In this document: positions 29,294 to 38,566 of the stretch, piece after piece
How positions within the stretch are numbered: position 1 is the first letter of the stretch
Layout: each line of letters opens with the position of its first letter
Assembly (NCBI GenBank): GCA_022791055.1
Contig: JAAVYI010000022.1
Location: forward strand, 4,280-68,279
Direction of reading: 5' to 3'
DNA from: Clostridia bacterium
GTDB lineage: Bacteria; Bacillota; Clostridia; Christensenellales; Pumilibacteraceae
DNA length: 64,000 bases
Program-made: the position numbers and the translations under genes
Notes under the pieces: model-generated
The model's database searches: none
Told to the model about the DNA's origin: nothing
What the model saw: the letters and a program-made list of their open reading frames with translations, nothing else

Positions 29294-30172
29294 CTATTTT
29301 GTCATTCTTTCCTTGCCGCGGTATACTAGGCCGATCATGCCGCCGCCGGTGTGCGCGCCGATGACGGGGCCGACCCATCCGACCACTACTTTACAGGAAA
29401 ACTCGGCTTCGATCATCTCGCGCATGGCGTCGACCATTTCGGGCGAATCGGCATTTGCGATATACACCGTTTGACTGTTCAAATCGACGGCTTGCGCTTT
29501 CATGCGGTCGAAACAGTATTTGATCGCTTTGCGCATACCTTGCTGCTTGCCGATGACCTGCAATTTGCCTTCGGCATTGATGATGATGATCGGTTTGAGT
29601 TTGAGTGCCGTGCCGATGAGCGCCGCCGCACCCGAGACGCGGCCGCCGCGTTTTAAGTGATAGAGGTCGTCGACGATGATGAATACCTGCGTTTCGGCCG
29701 CGCATTTCTCCATGCCGGCGGCGACCTCTTTGGCCGGTTTGCCGGCGTCGCGCAACATGATGCCTTCGTCTAGAATGTTGCGCTGCGCCTGTGTCGCTCC
29801 CAGCGAGTCGACGATATAGATCTTAACGCCGGGATGGGCGTCCATGACCGTCTGCGCCGCTTGGCAAGCGCTTTGGTGCGTCGAGGACAGACCGCTCGAC
29901 AGCGTCAGATGTACGATGGTATTGTAGCCGTCCGCAATCAACTTTGTAAAATATTCCTCGTGCAGATAGGCGTTGATCTGCGAGGTGGTCGGCTGCTTGC
30001 CGTCGCGCAGCTGTTGATAAAAATGCTTATAACGCTCGTCGCTGTCAAAATCGTCGTCGTAGGTAACGCCGTCGATCGTAAAGGTCAACGGGATCCAGCT
30101 GACGGCTTTATCGGCCAGTTCGCTCTTCAATAGGTCGCTGGCCGTGTCGGTCGAAAGTATCATTTTTTCCAT
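29294..30172 (-). CDS. DegV-family fatty-acid-binding protein.
   Basis: 292 aa, DegV/EDD fold motifs (IVDSLGAT, LKRGGR). Confidence 0.8.
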   Translation of the reverse strand: MEKMILSTDTASDLLKSELADKAVSWIPLTFTIDGVTYDDDFDSDERYKHFYQQLRDGKQPTTSQINAYLHEEYFTKLIADGYNTIVHLTLSSGLSSTHQSACQAAQTVMDAHPGVKIYIVDSLGATQAQRNILDEGIMLRDAGKPAKEVAAGMEKCAAETQVFIIVDDLYHLKRGGRVSGAAALIGTALKLKPIIIINAEGKLQVIGKQQGMRKAIKYCFDRMKAQAVDLNSQTVYIANADSPEMVDAMREMIEAEFSCKVVVGWVGPVIGAHTGGGMIGLVYRGKERMTK

Positions 30173-30582
30173 GGGGAATCCTCCGTGCTATGTATAGTGT
30201 TAATAGACAATACGCAATTATGTGTCTATTATAACCGATTACCGCACCGCACGCAAATGATACATAGGGGTCTAATCGAATTTTAATCTGTTTTTAATAA
30301 TTGCGCTACGGGCGACGCCGTAGAGACGGTCGACAAGAAATGTGCGCCGAATCAACTTTGTCTTTTCGTCTGCGAATACGGCGAAAACGGCCGTTTGGGC
30401 GGCTTAGGGCGCGAGTTTTGACGCAAACGGCGTTTGGGGCGAGACGGGTCGCGCAAAAATGTTGCGAATGGATATTAAAACAGTAGAAATTTGCGTTTGT
30501 TTGTGGTATAATACTAGCAAGATAGGTTGAGAGGCTATACAGGTAGCTACTCGCGTATCGAATCTTTCGGGAGGCACCGGAA

Positions 30583-31236
30583 ATGACACAATGGTGGAAT
30601 GCGCTGCGTTTGATGCAGCAAATCGTGTTTGTGATTGCATGTGCCACTACTCTGTTCATGTTGGGGCAGATCGTCATGATGCTGATCGGATTCGGGGAGT
30701 CGGACATAGACGCCGACGCCGGCGATATAGACGTGCCCGATACCGACGCGCCGACTTTGGACGTCGATCCCGGACAGCCGGAGAGCGACGTCGGATTCCG
30801 TTTGTTCGGACTGAAAATTTTTACCGTGCGCAGCATCATCGCCTTTTTCTGTATCGGCAGTTGGGTGGCGTTCACAATGGAATACTTCCTGCGCTGGCCG
30901 TTGGCGCTGTTGATCGGCGTCGTTGCGGGTTTGGCCGCAGGACTTTTGATGGCGTATGTCATGCATTCGCTGATGAAATTGCAATCGAGCGGTAATATCG
31001 ACGTGACGAACAGCGTCGGGGCGGAAGCGGATGTATATTTGACCGTTCCTGCGCGGCGGGAAAGCCGGGGCAAGATCAATCTGACGTTGCAGGAGCGGTT
31101 TGTCGAACTGGAGGCCGTCACCGACTGCGAAGAACCGCTCGAGACGGGCGCGCGGGTGCGCGTCGTCGAGGCGATCGACGAGGAGACCGTGCGGGTCGAG
31201 CCGATCGGGGATAAAACGCGGCTCAGCCCGAACTGA
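30583..31236 (+). CDS. NfeD-family membrane protein (OB-fold C-terminus), partner of flotillin.
   Basis: 217 aa with N-terminal TM helices and an acidic linker. Located directly upstream of the flotillin gene, as in yuaF-floT pairs. Confidence 0.65.
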   Translation: MTQWWNALRLMQQIVFVIACATTLFMLGQIVMMLIGFGESDIDADAGDIDVPDTDAPTLDVDPGQPESDVGFRLFGLKIFTVRSIIAFFCIGSWVAFTMEYFLRWPLALLIGVVAGLAAGLLMAYVMHSLMKLQSSGNIDVTNSVGAEADVYLTVPARRESRGKINLTLQERFVELEAVTDCEEPLETGARVRVVEAIDEETVRVEPIGDKTRLSPN

Positions 31237-31292
31237 ATGCGGCGATAGCAAAACAAGTCTTTATAATTTTGTACATATAAGGAGGCAGAAAA

Positions 31293-32708
31293 ATGTTGTT
31301 TTCCAGCGGAGCGGTGGTCGGCATAGTGCTGACGGTGGTGGCAGTCGTCGTACTGGCGCTACTCATTCTCGTCATTGTGGCGACGCGCTACAAGAAATGT
31401 CCGTCCGACAAAGTTATGGTCATCTACGGCGCTGTCGGCAAGACCAAAGAGGGCACCGCGCGTTCCAGCCGTTGTATCCACGGCGGCGCGGCTTTCGTGT
31501 GGCCGTTCGTGCAAGCGTACAGCTTTCTCGATCTGACGCCGATCTCGATCAACGTCGACCTTAAAAATGCGCTGTCGCGTCAGAATATCCGTATCGACGT
31601 ACCCAGCCGCTTTACCGTCGGTATTTCGACGGAGGCGGGCGTTATGCAGAACGCCGCCGAGCGTTTGTTGGGACTCAAACTGATGGACATTCAGGATTTG
31701 GCCAAAGATATTATTTTGGGTCAGTTGCGTCTGGTTATCGCGCTCATGGACATCGAAGAGATCAACTCCGATCGAGACAAGTTCCAGGAAGCGATTTTCC
31801 GCAACGTCGAGGGCGAGCTGAAGAAAATCGGCTTGCGCCTGATCAACGTCAACGTCACCGACATCAACGACGAGTCGGGCTACATCGACGCGCTCGGCAA
31901 AGAGGCGACCGCCAAGGCGATCAACGACGCCAAAAAGTCGGTGGCCGAAAAAAACCGCGACGGTTCGATCGGTGAGGCCAACGCCTTGAAAGACGAACGT
32001 ATCCAGGTTGCGATCGCCAACTCGACCGCAGTCGAGGGCGAAAACGAATCGCAGGGACGCGTGGCGCAAAGTAACGCCAAGCGCCGCGAGATCGAGGCCG
32101 AGGCCGAACGCGCGGCGTCCGTTGCCGAAATGATCGCCGAGGCCAACGCCAAGAAAGAGGCGTATAAGGCCGAGCAGGAAGCCGAATCCGCCCGTGCGCT
32201 CCGCGAGAAAGCGACGCAGGAAGCCGACGTTCTCGTCAAAGTCGAAGTCGACAAGCGCCGAATGGAACTCGAGGCCGAGGCCGAAGCCGAAATGGCGCGC
32301 AGAAAAGCGCGCGGTGAAGCCGACGCGTTGTTGGCTATGAAACAGGCGGAGGCACAGGGACAGTTGGAGATCCTCTCCAAACAGGCCGAAGGTTTTGAAA
32401 AGATCGTCAAGGCTGCCGGCGGCGTTGCCGACGACGCGGTCAAGATGCTGTTGTCCGACAAGATCGAAGAACTGGTCAAATTGCAGGTCGAGGCGATCAA
32501 AAACATCAAGATCGACAAAGTCACCGTTTGGGACAGTATGGGCGGCGGAAAAGAGGGCGGAAGCACGACGTCGAACTTTATTTCCAGCATGGTCAAAGCA
32601 GTACCGCCTTTGCAAGACGTGTTCAACATGAGCGGCATGGAGTTGCCCGCGATCATGGGCAAGCCGATCGATCCCGACGCGGCCAAAGCGGGCAAAGCAA
32701 AAAAATAA
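31293..32708 (+). CDS. floT: Flotillin-family (SPFH/band-7) protein.
   Basis: 471 aa. N-terminal TM, SPFH domain, long EA-repeat coiled coil (AEAEAE, AEAEAEMARRKARGEADA). Confidence 0.85.
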   Translation: MLFSSGAVVGIVLTVVAVVVLALLILVIVATRYKKCPSDKVMVIYGAVGKTKEGTARSSRCIHGGAAFVWPFVQAYSFLDLTPISINVDLKNALSRQNIRIDVPSRFTVGISTEAGVMQNAAERLLGLKLMDIQDLAKDIILGQLRLVIALMDIEEINSDRDKFQEAIFRNVEGELKKIGLRLINVNVTDINDESGYIDALGKEATAKAINDAKKSVAEKNRDGSIGEANALKDERIQVAIANSTAVEGENESQGRVAQSNAKRREIEAEAERAASVAEMIAEANAKKEAYKAEQEAESARALREKATQEADVLVKVEVDKRRMELEAEAEAEMARRKARGEADALLAMKQAEAQGQLEILSKQAEGFEKIVKAAGGVADDAVKMLLSDKIEELVKLQVEAIKNIKIDKVTVWDSMGGGKEGGSTTSNFISSMVKAVPPLQDVFNMSGMELPAIMGKPIDPDAAKAGKAKK

Positions 32709-32799
32709 ATTTACTGTAATATAACAGCCGTATACAAGAGACAGTGTGGACGCATTGTCTCTTTCGGCTGTCTGAAACCAACAGGAGTAGAAAACGACT

Positions 32800-34776
32800 A
32801 TGATGCAAAACGGCAAATGGATTTGGGCAAGAGGCAGCAGCGCGGGCGGCACGGGTACGTGTACGTTCCGCTACGTGTTCGAATGCGACAAGCGCCCCAA
32901 ATCGGCAAACTTGATGGTGGCGGCGACCAACCGCTGCTTTGTGTGGATGAACGGCAACTACGTGATGTTCGCAGGCGGCCGCGCGTCAACCGATCAGGAG
33001 ACCTATTACGATACCGTAGACGTGGCCGACAGCCTTAAAAAGGGCGCGAACGTGCTGGTGTTGCGCGTCAAGGGCGGCGCGCAGGAAAACGGCGTTGTCG
33101 CAGAATGCCCCGAGATCGGCCTGGCCAGTTCCGACCGCTTTCTCGCTTACGAGTCGAACGTGACGACCGACGACGGCACCGTGTACACGTACAATGCGAC
33201 GACCGAACACCGCTTGGGCGGCATTCATGCGCCCGAATTTATTTCCGACCTGTTCGGCAGCTCGGAAGTGATCGGCGACGCCGAAGCCGTTTTGCCGCGG
33301 CCGGTGCCGAGCGCGATCTTCGACGAGAGCAAGAAGCGCGCGTATAAAAAAATTGCCGGCGGAATTGTCATGGAGACGCAGCCGGGTGCGGCATACCCCC
33401 GCTTTACCGTGACGGCCAACAGCGGCGAGCATATCGTCATTACCGGCAGCCTGTCCGACCGTAAACTGGAATACGTCACTTGCGCGGGCGAGCAAACGTT
33501 CGAGTTTGACGAGCCGCTGTTCGGCACGCTCAACTTCGAGATTCCCGCATCGGTCAAGCTGGGCGACGCAGGCTATCGCTTAGTGACCAACGGCGCGGAA
33601 GAAGTCGGCAGTTTCACCTGCGACCGCGAAGACTTGAACGAACTGTACCGCTTGGCGCACAACACGTTTGAAACGACGGGCGTGCATATGTTTACCGATA
33701 CGGTGGGCGGCGATACGCTAAGCGTGCTCGATGCGTCGGTCGCCGTTCGCAATGCGCTGTATCTGTACGCGGAAGGGACGGCCTACGCCGAAACGACGCT
33801 TTCGGCCGTGCTTGACGCTGTCGAGGGCAACGACAGTTTTATCGACGTCGGCAACCGCGCGCATACGCTGTTGGCATTCGGTACGCTGGGGCTGGCGGCC
33901 GACTGCTTCCGTGCCGTCAACAACGCCGATCTAAAACAACGCTATTTGACGGTGGCCGCCGAATATTTGCAAACGATCGACTTGAACGAGATCGCTATGT
34001 TATGTAAGGGCGACATAGACGGCGGCTACAACAGCGACAGCGAACTGGCGGCCAAAAGCCTGTATTTTTCCGCCGTGCAACTGTGCCAGACGGTCGCCGA
34101 CGAGTTGAGCATCGACCGCTACAACGATTTTCTTTCGACGCAAAGCGAGACGCTCGGTAAAGTCGCCGACAACGTGTTGCGCGGCAACGGCCTCAGCCTC
34201 GACAAGAATTTTCACGACGACCGCGCCAACGCCTTGGCGATCTTGAGCGGACTGGCGCCGCAGTTCATGGCCGGGGACGCCGCGCGCGTCATGGCTACGT
34301 CGCTGTGCTGTACGCCGCTTTTAGAGGGCTATGTGACCGAGGCGCTGTTGGGCGCGCGCAGCGACTGGGCGTGCAACCGCATGGCCGCGCGGTTGGCGAC
34401 GATCAAAAATATCGGCGGCAACACGATCCCCGAGGACTATGCAAGCGAAGGCGCGGGCGCGCGGGCGGCGGCGTCCGGCTATATCGGCGCGTTTTTCAAA
34501 ACGCTTGCCGGCGTCGAGCTGTCCGAAGGCGGCCGACATGTGACGGTTACGCCCGAACTGAATGCGATCGACAGTCTGTCCTTTACCGTTCCGGTCGGCG
34601 GCGGCAAGATCGTCGGCCGATTCTCCCGCAACAAATCCGGCGGCGCCGATTGCTTTATCGACAACCAGTCCGACGCCCTCGTCGCCCTGCGTCTAAAAGG
34701 CAACAAAGGCTTTGCCACCGACGAGCCGATCAAGGTGTTGGAGCTTAAGAAAGGTAAAAACGCCTTCCGCTTTTGA
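32800..34776 (+). CDS. Putative cytoplasmic glycoside hydrolase (alpha-L-rhamnosidase-like N-terminus and (alpha/alpha)6-like C-terminal region).
   Basis: 658 aa, no signal peptide. The KWIWA motif near the N-terminus resembles the GH78 N-domain. This is a weak call. Confidence 0.35.
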   Translation: MMQNGKWIWARGSSAGGTGTCTFRYVFECDKRPKSANLMVAATNRCFVWMNGNYVMFAGGRASTDQETYYDTVDVADSLKKGANVLVLRVKGGAQENGVVAECPEIGLASSDRFLAYESNVTTDDGTVYTYNATTEHRLGGIHAPEFISDLFGSSEVIGDAEAVLPRPVPSAIFDESKKRAYKKIAGGIVMETQPGAAYPRFTVTANSGEHIVITGSLSDRKLEYVTCAGEQTFEFDEPLFGTLNFEIPASVKLGDAGYRLVTNGAEEVGSFTCDREDLNELYRLAHNTFETTGVHMFTDTVGGDTLSVLDASVAVRNALYLYAEGTAYAETTLSAVLDAVEGNDSFIDVGNRAHTLLAFGTLGLAADCFRAVNNADLKQRYLTVAAEYLQTIDLNEIAMLCKGDIDGGYNSDSELAAKSLYFSAVQLCQTVADELSIDRYNDFLSTQSETLGKVADNVLRGNGLSLDKNFHDDRANALAILSGLAPQFMAGDAARVMATSLCCTPLLEGYVTEALLGARSDWACNRMAARLATIKNIGGNTIPEDYASEGAGARAAASGYIGAFFKTLAGVELSEGGRHVTVTPELNAIDSLSFTVPVGGGKIVGRFSRNKSGGADCFIDNQSDALVALRLKGNKGFATDEPIKVLELKKGKNAFRF

Positions 34777-34844
34777 CGGCGCATTCATCACGAAATACGG
34801 CGTCAAACATCGTTCCCCCTCGGGTCATGTACGTTAAGTACACT

Positions 34845-35057
34845 CCCCGTCGGGGAAACTCGTTTTCCTTGTCTTTCGTGCGACTGCGCCGTCAAAAGTG
34901 CGGCAGCTCGAAAATGCCGCCGCGCCTAGCCTGACGCGCGTCTACGTCCGAAAACCTTATCCTATCGTGGGCGCGTCCCGTCGGGGAAACTCGTTTTCCT
35001 TGTCTTTCGTGCGACTGCGCCGTCAAAAGTGCGGTAGCTCGAAAATACCGCCGCGCC
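34845..35057. repeat. Tandem direct repeat: two 82-bp units (34845..34926 and 34977..35057, 2 mismatches) separated by 50 bp.
   Basis: Read directly from the sequence. The unit begins CCCCGTCGGGGAAACTCGTTTTCCTTGTCT. Unit A is preceded by the GTACACTCC motif also found at 19851. Confidence 0.85.
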
Positions 35058-35171
35058 CGAAAACTTTAGTTTTCGCAGACCGTGCTTGTTTCCGCCGTTA
35101 AAAACATATCGCGGACAAATCGACTTATAAATTACGATCATTTCCTTTTGCTCATCATGTTTAGTGGCAGA

Positions 35172-35203
35172 AAAAAGGGAGTAGCGCGGCTACTCCCTTT
35201 TTC
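35172..35203. terminator. Bidirectional rho-independent terminator downstream of the minus-strand MBL gene.
   Basis: GGGAGTAGC-GCG-GCTACTCCC, a perfect 9-bp stem flanked by an A-run and a T-run. Confidence 0.7.
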
Positions 35204-35209
35204 GGTGTG

Positions 35210-36432
35210 TTAGACCGTAAAACTTTGGTTGTCTTGCAAAACGACCACTTTGCCCGCGACCGGGAGCGCTTGCAACTGTTCGGGGCGTTCGCTGTGTATG
35301 GGAATGACGATTTTTGCGTCGGTGATCTTGCAAACTTGCAAAATTTCGTCAACGCTCGCATGGCCGCCGGTGTGTAAATATTCCATGCGACACCCCAGAC
35401 GCAAAGCATGGTTTATAAAATCGGATTTGTACGCGTCGAACGCCGGGTGCGCTTTGTCCAAGTAGCCGTTCCACATGGCATAAACAAGCAGACTTTCGGG
35501 AAACGCTTCGATCGCCTTTTGCGTGGCGAAGTTGGCGCGTCCCAAAAAGAGAAAACCGCGTTCGGCCATCATCGCGTGCAAATTCTTGCCGTATGTATAC
35601 ACCTTGTGGCGGTCGAACCGATAAAACGGAGAAGTCGCATTTTCGGTGACGATGCGCAAGATTTCGGTTTGTAGGTCGTCCGCACATACGATAAACGGTC
35701 TGTCGGCGCGCGCGGCCGCATTGTAAAAGGCGGCGACGGTATCGATGTTCGTCGAACTGCAAAGCGTAAAAACGTAGGGATTGTCCTGTAACAGCGCAAG
35801 CGCTCGGCGGCCTAACGCGTGTTCGGTGACAACCGGCTCGTCCATGCGGGAAAGCATGGTGCCCTCGGTGATCAGCACGTCGATATTGCGGCAGTATTTT
35901 CAAACACCGCCGGCATTTTTCGGCCGCGCGCGCCGTGCATTCGAAAGTCTCCGGTATGCAAAATGCGTTTGCCTTCCGCCTCGATCAACAGCATGTACGC
36001 ATCGAACGCCGAGTGATCGACCGTATACGGCGTGACGCGAATATCGCCGAATTGCAGCGGCCGGCCGATACGAAATTCCCGAAAGGTTTTGACCCGTTGC
36101 GGATCTCCGCCCATATGTTTGTCCAATAGAACGGTTTGCACAACGCCGTAAATCTGTTTTGCGACCGCGCCGGTATAGACGGGGATCTCGGGCAATATCT
36201 TCCCGAACATGCCGATATGATCGCCGTGATAATGGGTGATCAGCACAGCGTCGCAATCGGGCGCGCCGCGCGTGACGCCGTCGATTTCGAGCGGCGTGCG
36301 CTCGGTGCCTACAGACGGCAATTCTTCGCCCATGTCGACGAGGATACGCGCCGACGTCGTTTTGATTTCGGTCACACAGCCGCCGATGCGGTGCGTGCCG
36401 CGGTATACTTTTATTTGCATAGTCGTTCCCAA
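35210..36432 (-). pseudogene. Beta-CASP-type MBL-fold metallo-hydrolase (RNA/DNA-processing nuclease family), disrupted by a -1 frameshift near 35875.
   Basis: The N-terminal ORF (35872..36432) has HYHGDHIG (HxHxDH). The C-terminal ORF (35210..35878) continues with (I)DVLITEGT, the beta-CASP motif. Joining them requires one extra base in ATATCGAC. Confidence 0.7.
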
Positions 36433-37232
36433 ATTTCGTCCGGGGTCGGGCGTTCGTTTTGTTTAACCCAGGCGACGTTATTGTATCCGAGCGCGGCCTC
36501 GACGGCGGCGATGCTGTATGTATGATTTTCGGTCGGGGTGGCCGGCGTTTGGTAAACCAATAATTTGGCCGGTAGGCAGACGCGAACGGGATCGGGATAG
36601 TCGGTGCCGAACAAGTCGTTGCAAACGGCGATGTGGTTTTTATATTGCCGCAGTATCGTTTGCGCCTGTTCCGCAACGGCCGCCGTATAGGTCTCCACCT
36701 GTTCGATCACGGCGGGCGAGCGGCCGCGGCGGACGTTTACGCGGCTGTCCGAAAACAGCTTGCCTTCGACAAACAACAGCGCGCGCGTTGCCGTATCGTA
36801 CAGCACGAGGTCGCATTTTTTGCCGCGGCCGACGCCGCTGTTGAGATTGACTTCTATATCGAGAACGACGGTGCGACTGGTGCGCGCGCGGCCGAACGTA
36901 TAGCAATACAGTTCATCCAACAGTTGCCGCTCCGTGCCGCGGCCGATCGCGGCGGTGAATTTGTTTTCGTTTTGCCGTTTCGCCAGTTGGTAATCCGTCA
37001 GTCCCGGCGTAGGGTTACCGTATTTGCAATAGGCGGGGTCGCGGGTGAATGTCCCGTTGGCGAACTTGTACAGGCAGCCGCCTTTATAGTAAAAGTGCAG
37101 TTGGTTTTTCCGCACGGCAGGATACACCAGCCCCGCGAAAACGTCGGCTTTTAAGCGCGCATACAGCGGCCCGTTTTGCGCGTTGTGTAAAGCCGCCCGC
37201 TGTTTTTCGTCCAAACACCGTACAAATTCCAT
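36411..37232 (-). CDS. Hypothetical protein with a PD-(D/E)xK-like nuclease motif.
   Basis: 273 aa. ...VVLDIEVNL...KKCDLVLYD...ALLFVEGK resembles the D...(D/E)xK restriction-endonuclease-fold core. Co-oriented with and overlapping the MBL gene by 22 nt. Has its own promoter. Confidence 0.4.
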   Translation of the reverse strand: MEFVRCLDEKQRAALHNAQNGPLYARLKADVFAGLVYPAVRKNQLHFYYKGGCLYKFANGTFTRDPAYCKYGNPTPGLTDYQLAKRQNENKFTAAIGRGTERQLLDELYCYTFGRARTSRTVVLDIEVNLNSGVGRGKKCDLVLYDTATRALLFVEGKLFSDSRVNVRRGRSPAVIEQVETYTAAVAEQAQTILRQYKNHIAVCNDLFGTDYPDPVRVCLPAKLLVYQTPATPTENHTYSIAAVEAALGYNNVAWVKQNERPTPDEIWERLCK

Positions 37233-37249
37233 GACGCCCTCCCGGTATC

Positions 37250-37278
37250 ATTGTAACAGGTTTGCCGCCGAAAAGCAA
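37250..37278 (-). promoter_or_regulatory. Promoter (TTGCTT-17-TACAAT, extended -10 TGT) for the nuclease-like cassette.
   Basis: Hexamers read on the minus strand with a 17-nt spacer. RBS GGGAGGG 5 nt before the ATG at 37232. Confidence 0.45.
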
Positions 37279-37468
37279 TATAAACGAGGTCGAATTTTTG
37301 AATAGACATTTGACAAGAACTGCGTTCAAACGGTTTTCGATACGCAGGACGTTTAGGGCAAATCGATCATTTTCTATGCGTGATTTGGGGGACAGAGATA
37401 TTCGCGCCTACGCATCACAAGGACTAACGCGCAGGATAGCATAGTCGTCGCGGAAGGGGCAAGGGGAT

Positions 37469-38284
37469 TTAAATTTTTTTGATGGCGGTAGGCATGTTGT
37501 GTTCGTCGAGATAGGAGGAGATTTCGCGGTGGTTTTGGCCGGTCGTGCAAAGAATGAGATATTGTTTGGGGGACATGCCGGTATACCGGCGAAAGACGGT
37601 ACAAAAATGCGAAGTCGAGGCGAAGTTGGTCATTTCGGCCACCTTTTTGATCGACAAGTCGCCGTTTTCGAGCAGGTCTGTCGCGTAGCGCAGTTTTTCC
37701 TGTAACAAATAGTCTTTGGCCGATATGCCGAACCGCGCTTGAAACAGGCGTCGGAAATGGTCGTAGCTGTAGCCGAACGTTTTGGCAAGTTCCATGACGT
37801 CGATGCGTTTCATACAGTTGAGCTTGATGAAATTGCGTATGTACTCGAAATCTTTGTGTTCGGCTTGCTGCGGCGCGTTCAGCCGTCCCAACTTAATGAC
37901 CAGTCGCTCGGTCAAAAGATTCATCACGCGCGCATAATAGGCGCGCTTATTTTCCATTTCGGCGGCGATCTCTTTTAGGTCGTCGAGGATCGGGAAGTCC
38001 TCGTTTTGATAAATGCCGCTCGGCATCAGCAGTTGTTCGCCCGCCGTCTCGAATCCGATATACAGCACCTCGACGCCGGCGCCGCCGCGCTCGCCGTGTA
38101 ACATTTTCGGTTCGACAATGATAAATCGGTCGGGGCGAAAGGCATACCGCTTGCCGCCGATCTCGGTCGTGCCGCTGCCCGAAAGATAGTACACGATCTC
38201 ATAGCAAGGGTGATCGTGCAAGCTGATGGCGTAGTCCTTTTCGTAGATTTGGTCGACTACGAATTTGAGCGTGGAATCAAACAT
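37469..38284 (-). CDS. AraC-family transcriptional regulator with an N-terminal cupin domain.
   Basis: 271 aa with a C-terminal AraC HTH. Confidence 0.8.
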   Translation of the reverse strand: MFDSTLKFVVDQIYEKDYAISLHDHPCYEIVYYLSGSGTTEIGGKRYAFRPDRFIIVEPKMLHGERGGAGVEVLYIGFETAGEQLLMPSGIYQNEDFPILDDLKEIAAEMENKRAYYARVMNLLTERLVIKLGRLNAPQQAEHKDFEYIRNFIKLNCMKRIDVMELAKTFGYSYDHFRRLFQARFGISAKDYLLQEKLRYATDLLENGDLSIKKVAEMTNFASTSHFCTVFRRYTGMSPKQYLILCTTGQNHREISSYLDEHNMPTAIKKI

Positions 38285-38494
38285 TTTCCTTGTTCCTTTT
38301 TCTTACCGCTGTTTCGTCCATTGTACCACCACTGAAGACGAATGTCAATCGGATTCTTTTAAAATAGCTGATTTTTGACATTTTTTAAAAAATATGATTC
38401 GCTTAAATTTAGTGTAAAATGATAGAAAATACATCATAAATCAGAGATTATGCCCAAAATCGCGCCAAGAAGTGGGCAAGTTCGACGCTGAATA

Positions 38495-38524
38495 TTGACA
38501 TTCGGCCGCGGGGGGGGGTATAAT
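38495..38524 (+). promoter_or_regulatory. Consensus promoter TTGACA-18-TATAAT whose spacer contains a G9 homopolymer (38510..38518).
   Basis: Hexamers are perfect. The spacer is 18 nt including nine consecutive G. Lies 43 nt upstream of the surface-protein ATG. Confidence 0.5.
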
Positions 38525-38566
38525 GGGCTTGTCAAGGCACAAAACCACGTTATGGGAGGAAATTGT

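Noticed and set aside
29214-29378. Longer start (29378) for the APH-family gene.
   Set aside because: It would overlap the C-terminus of the co-oriented DegV gene in another frame and adds an Arg-rich non-protein-like N-terminus. MQRKPV at 29213 begins the kinase fold.
31359-32852. 497-aa minus-strand ORF (and 31880..32695).
   Set aside because: Antisense to the flotillin gene. A GC-rich frame artefact.
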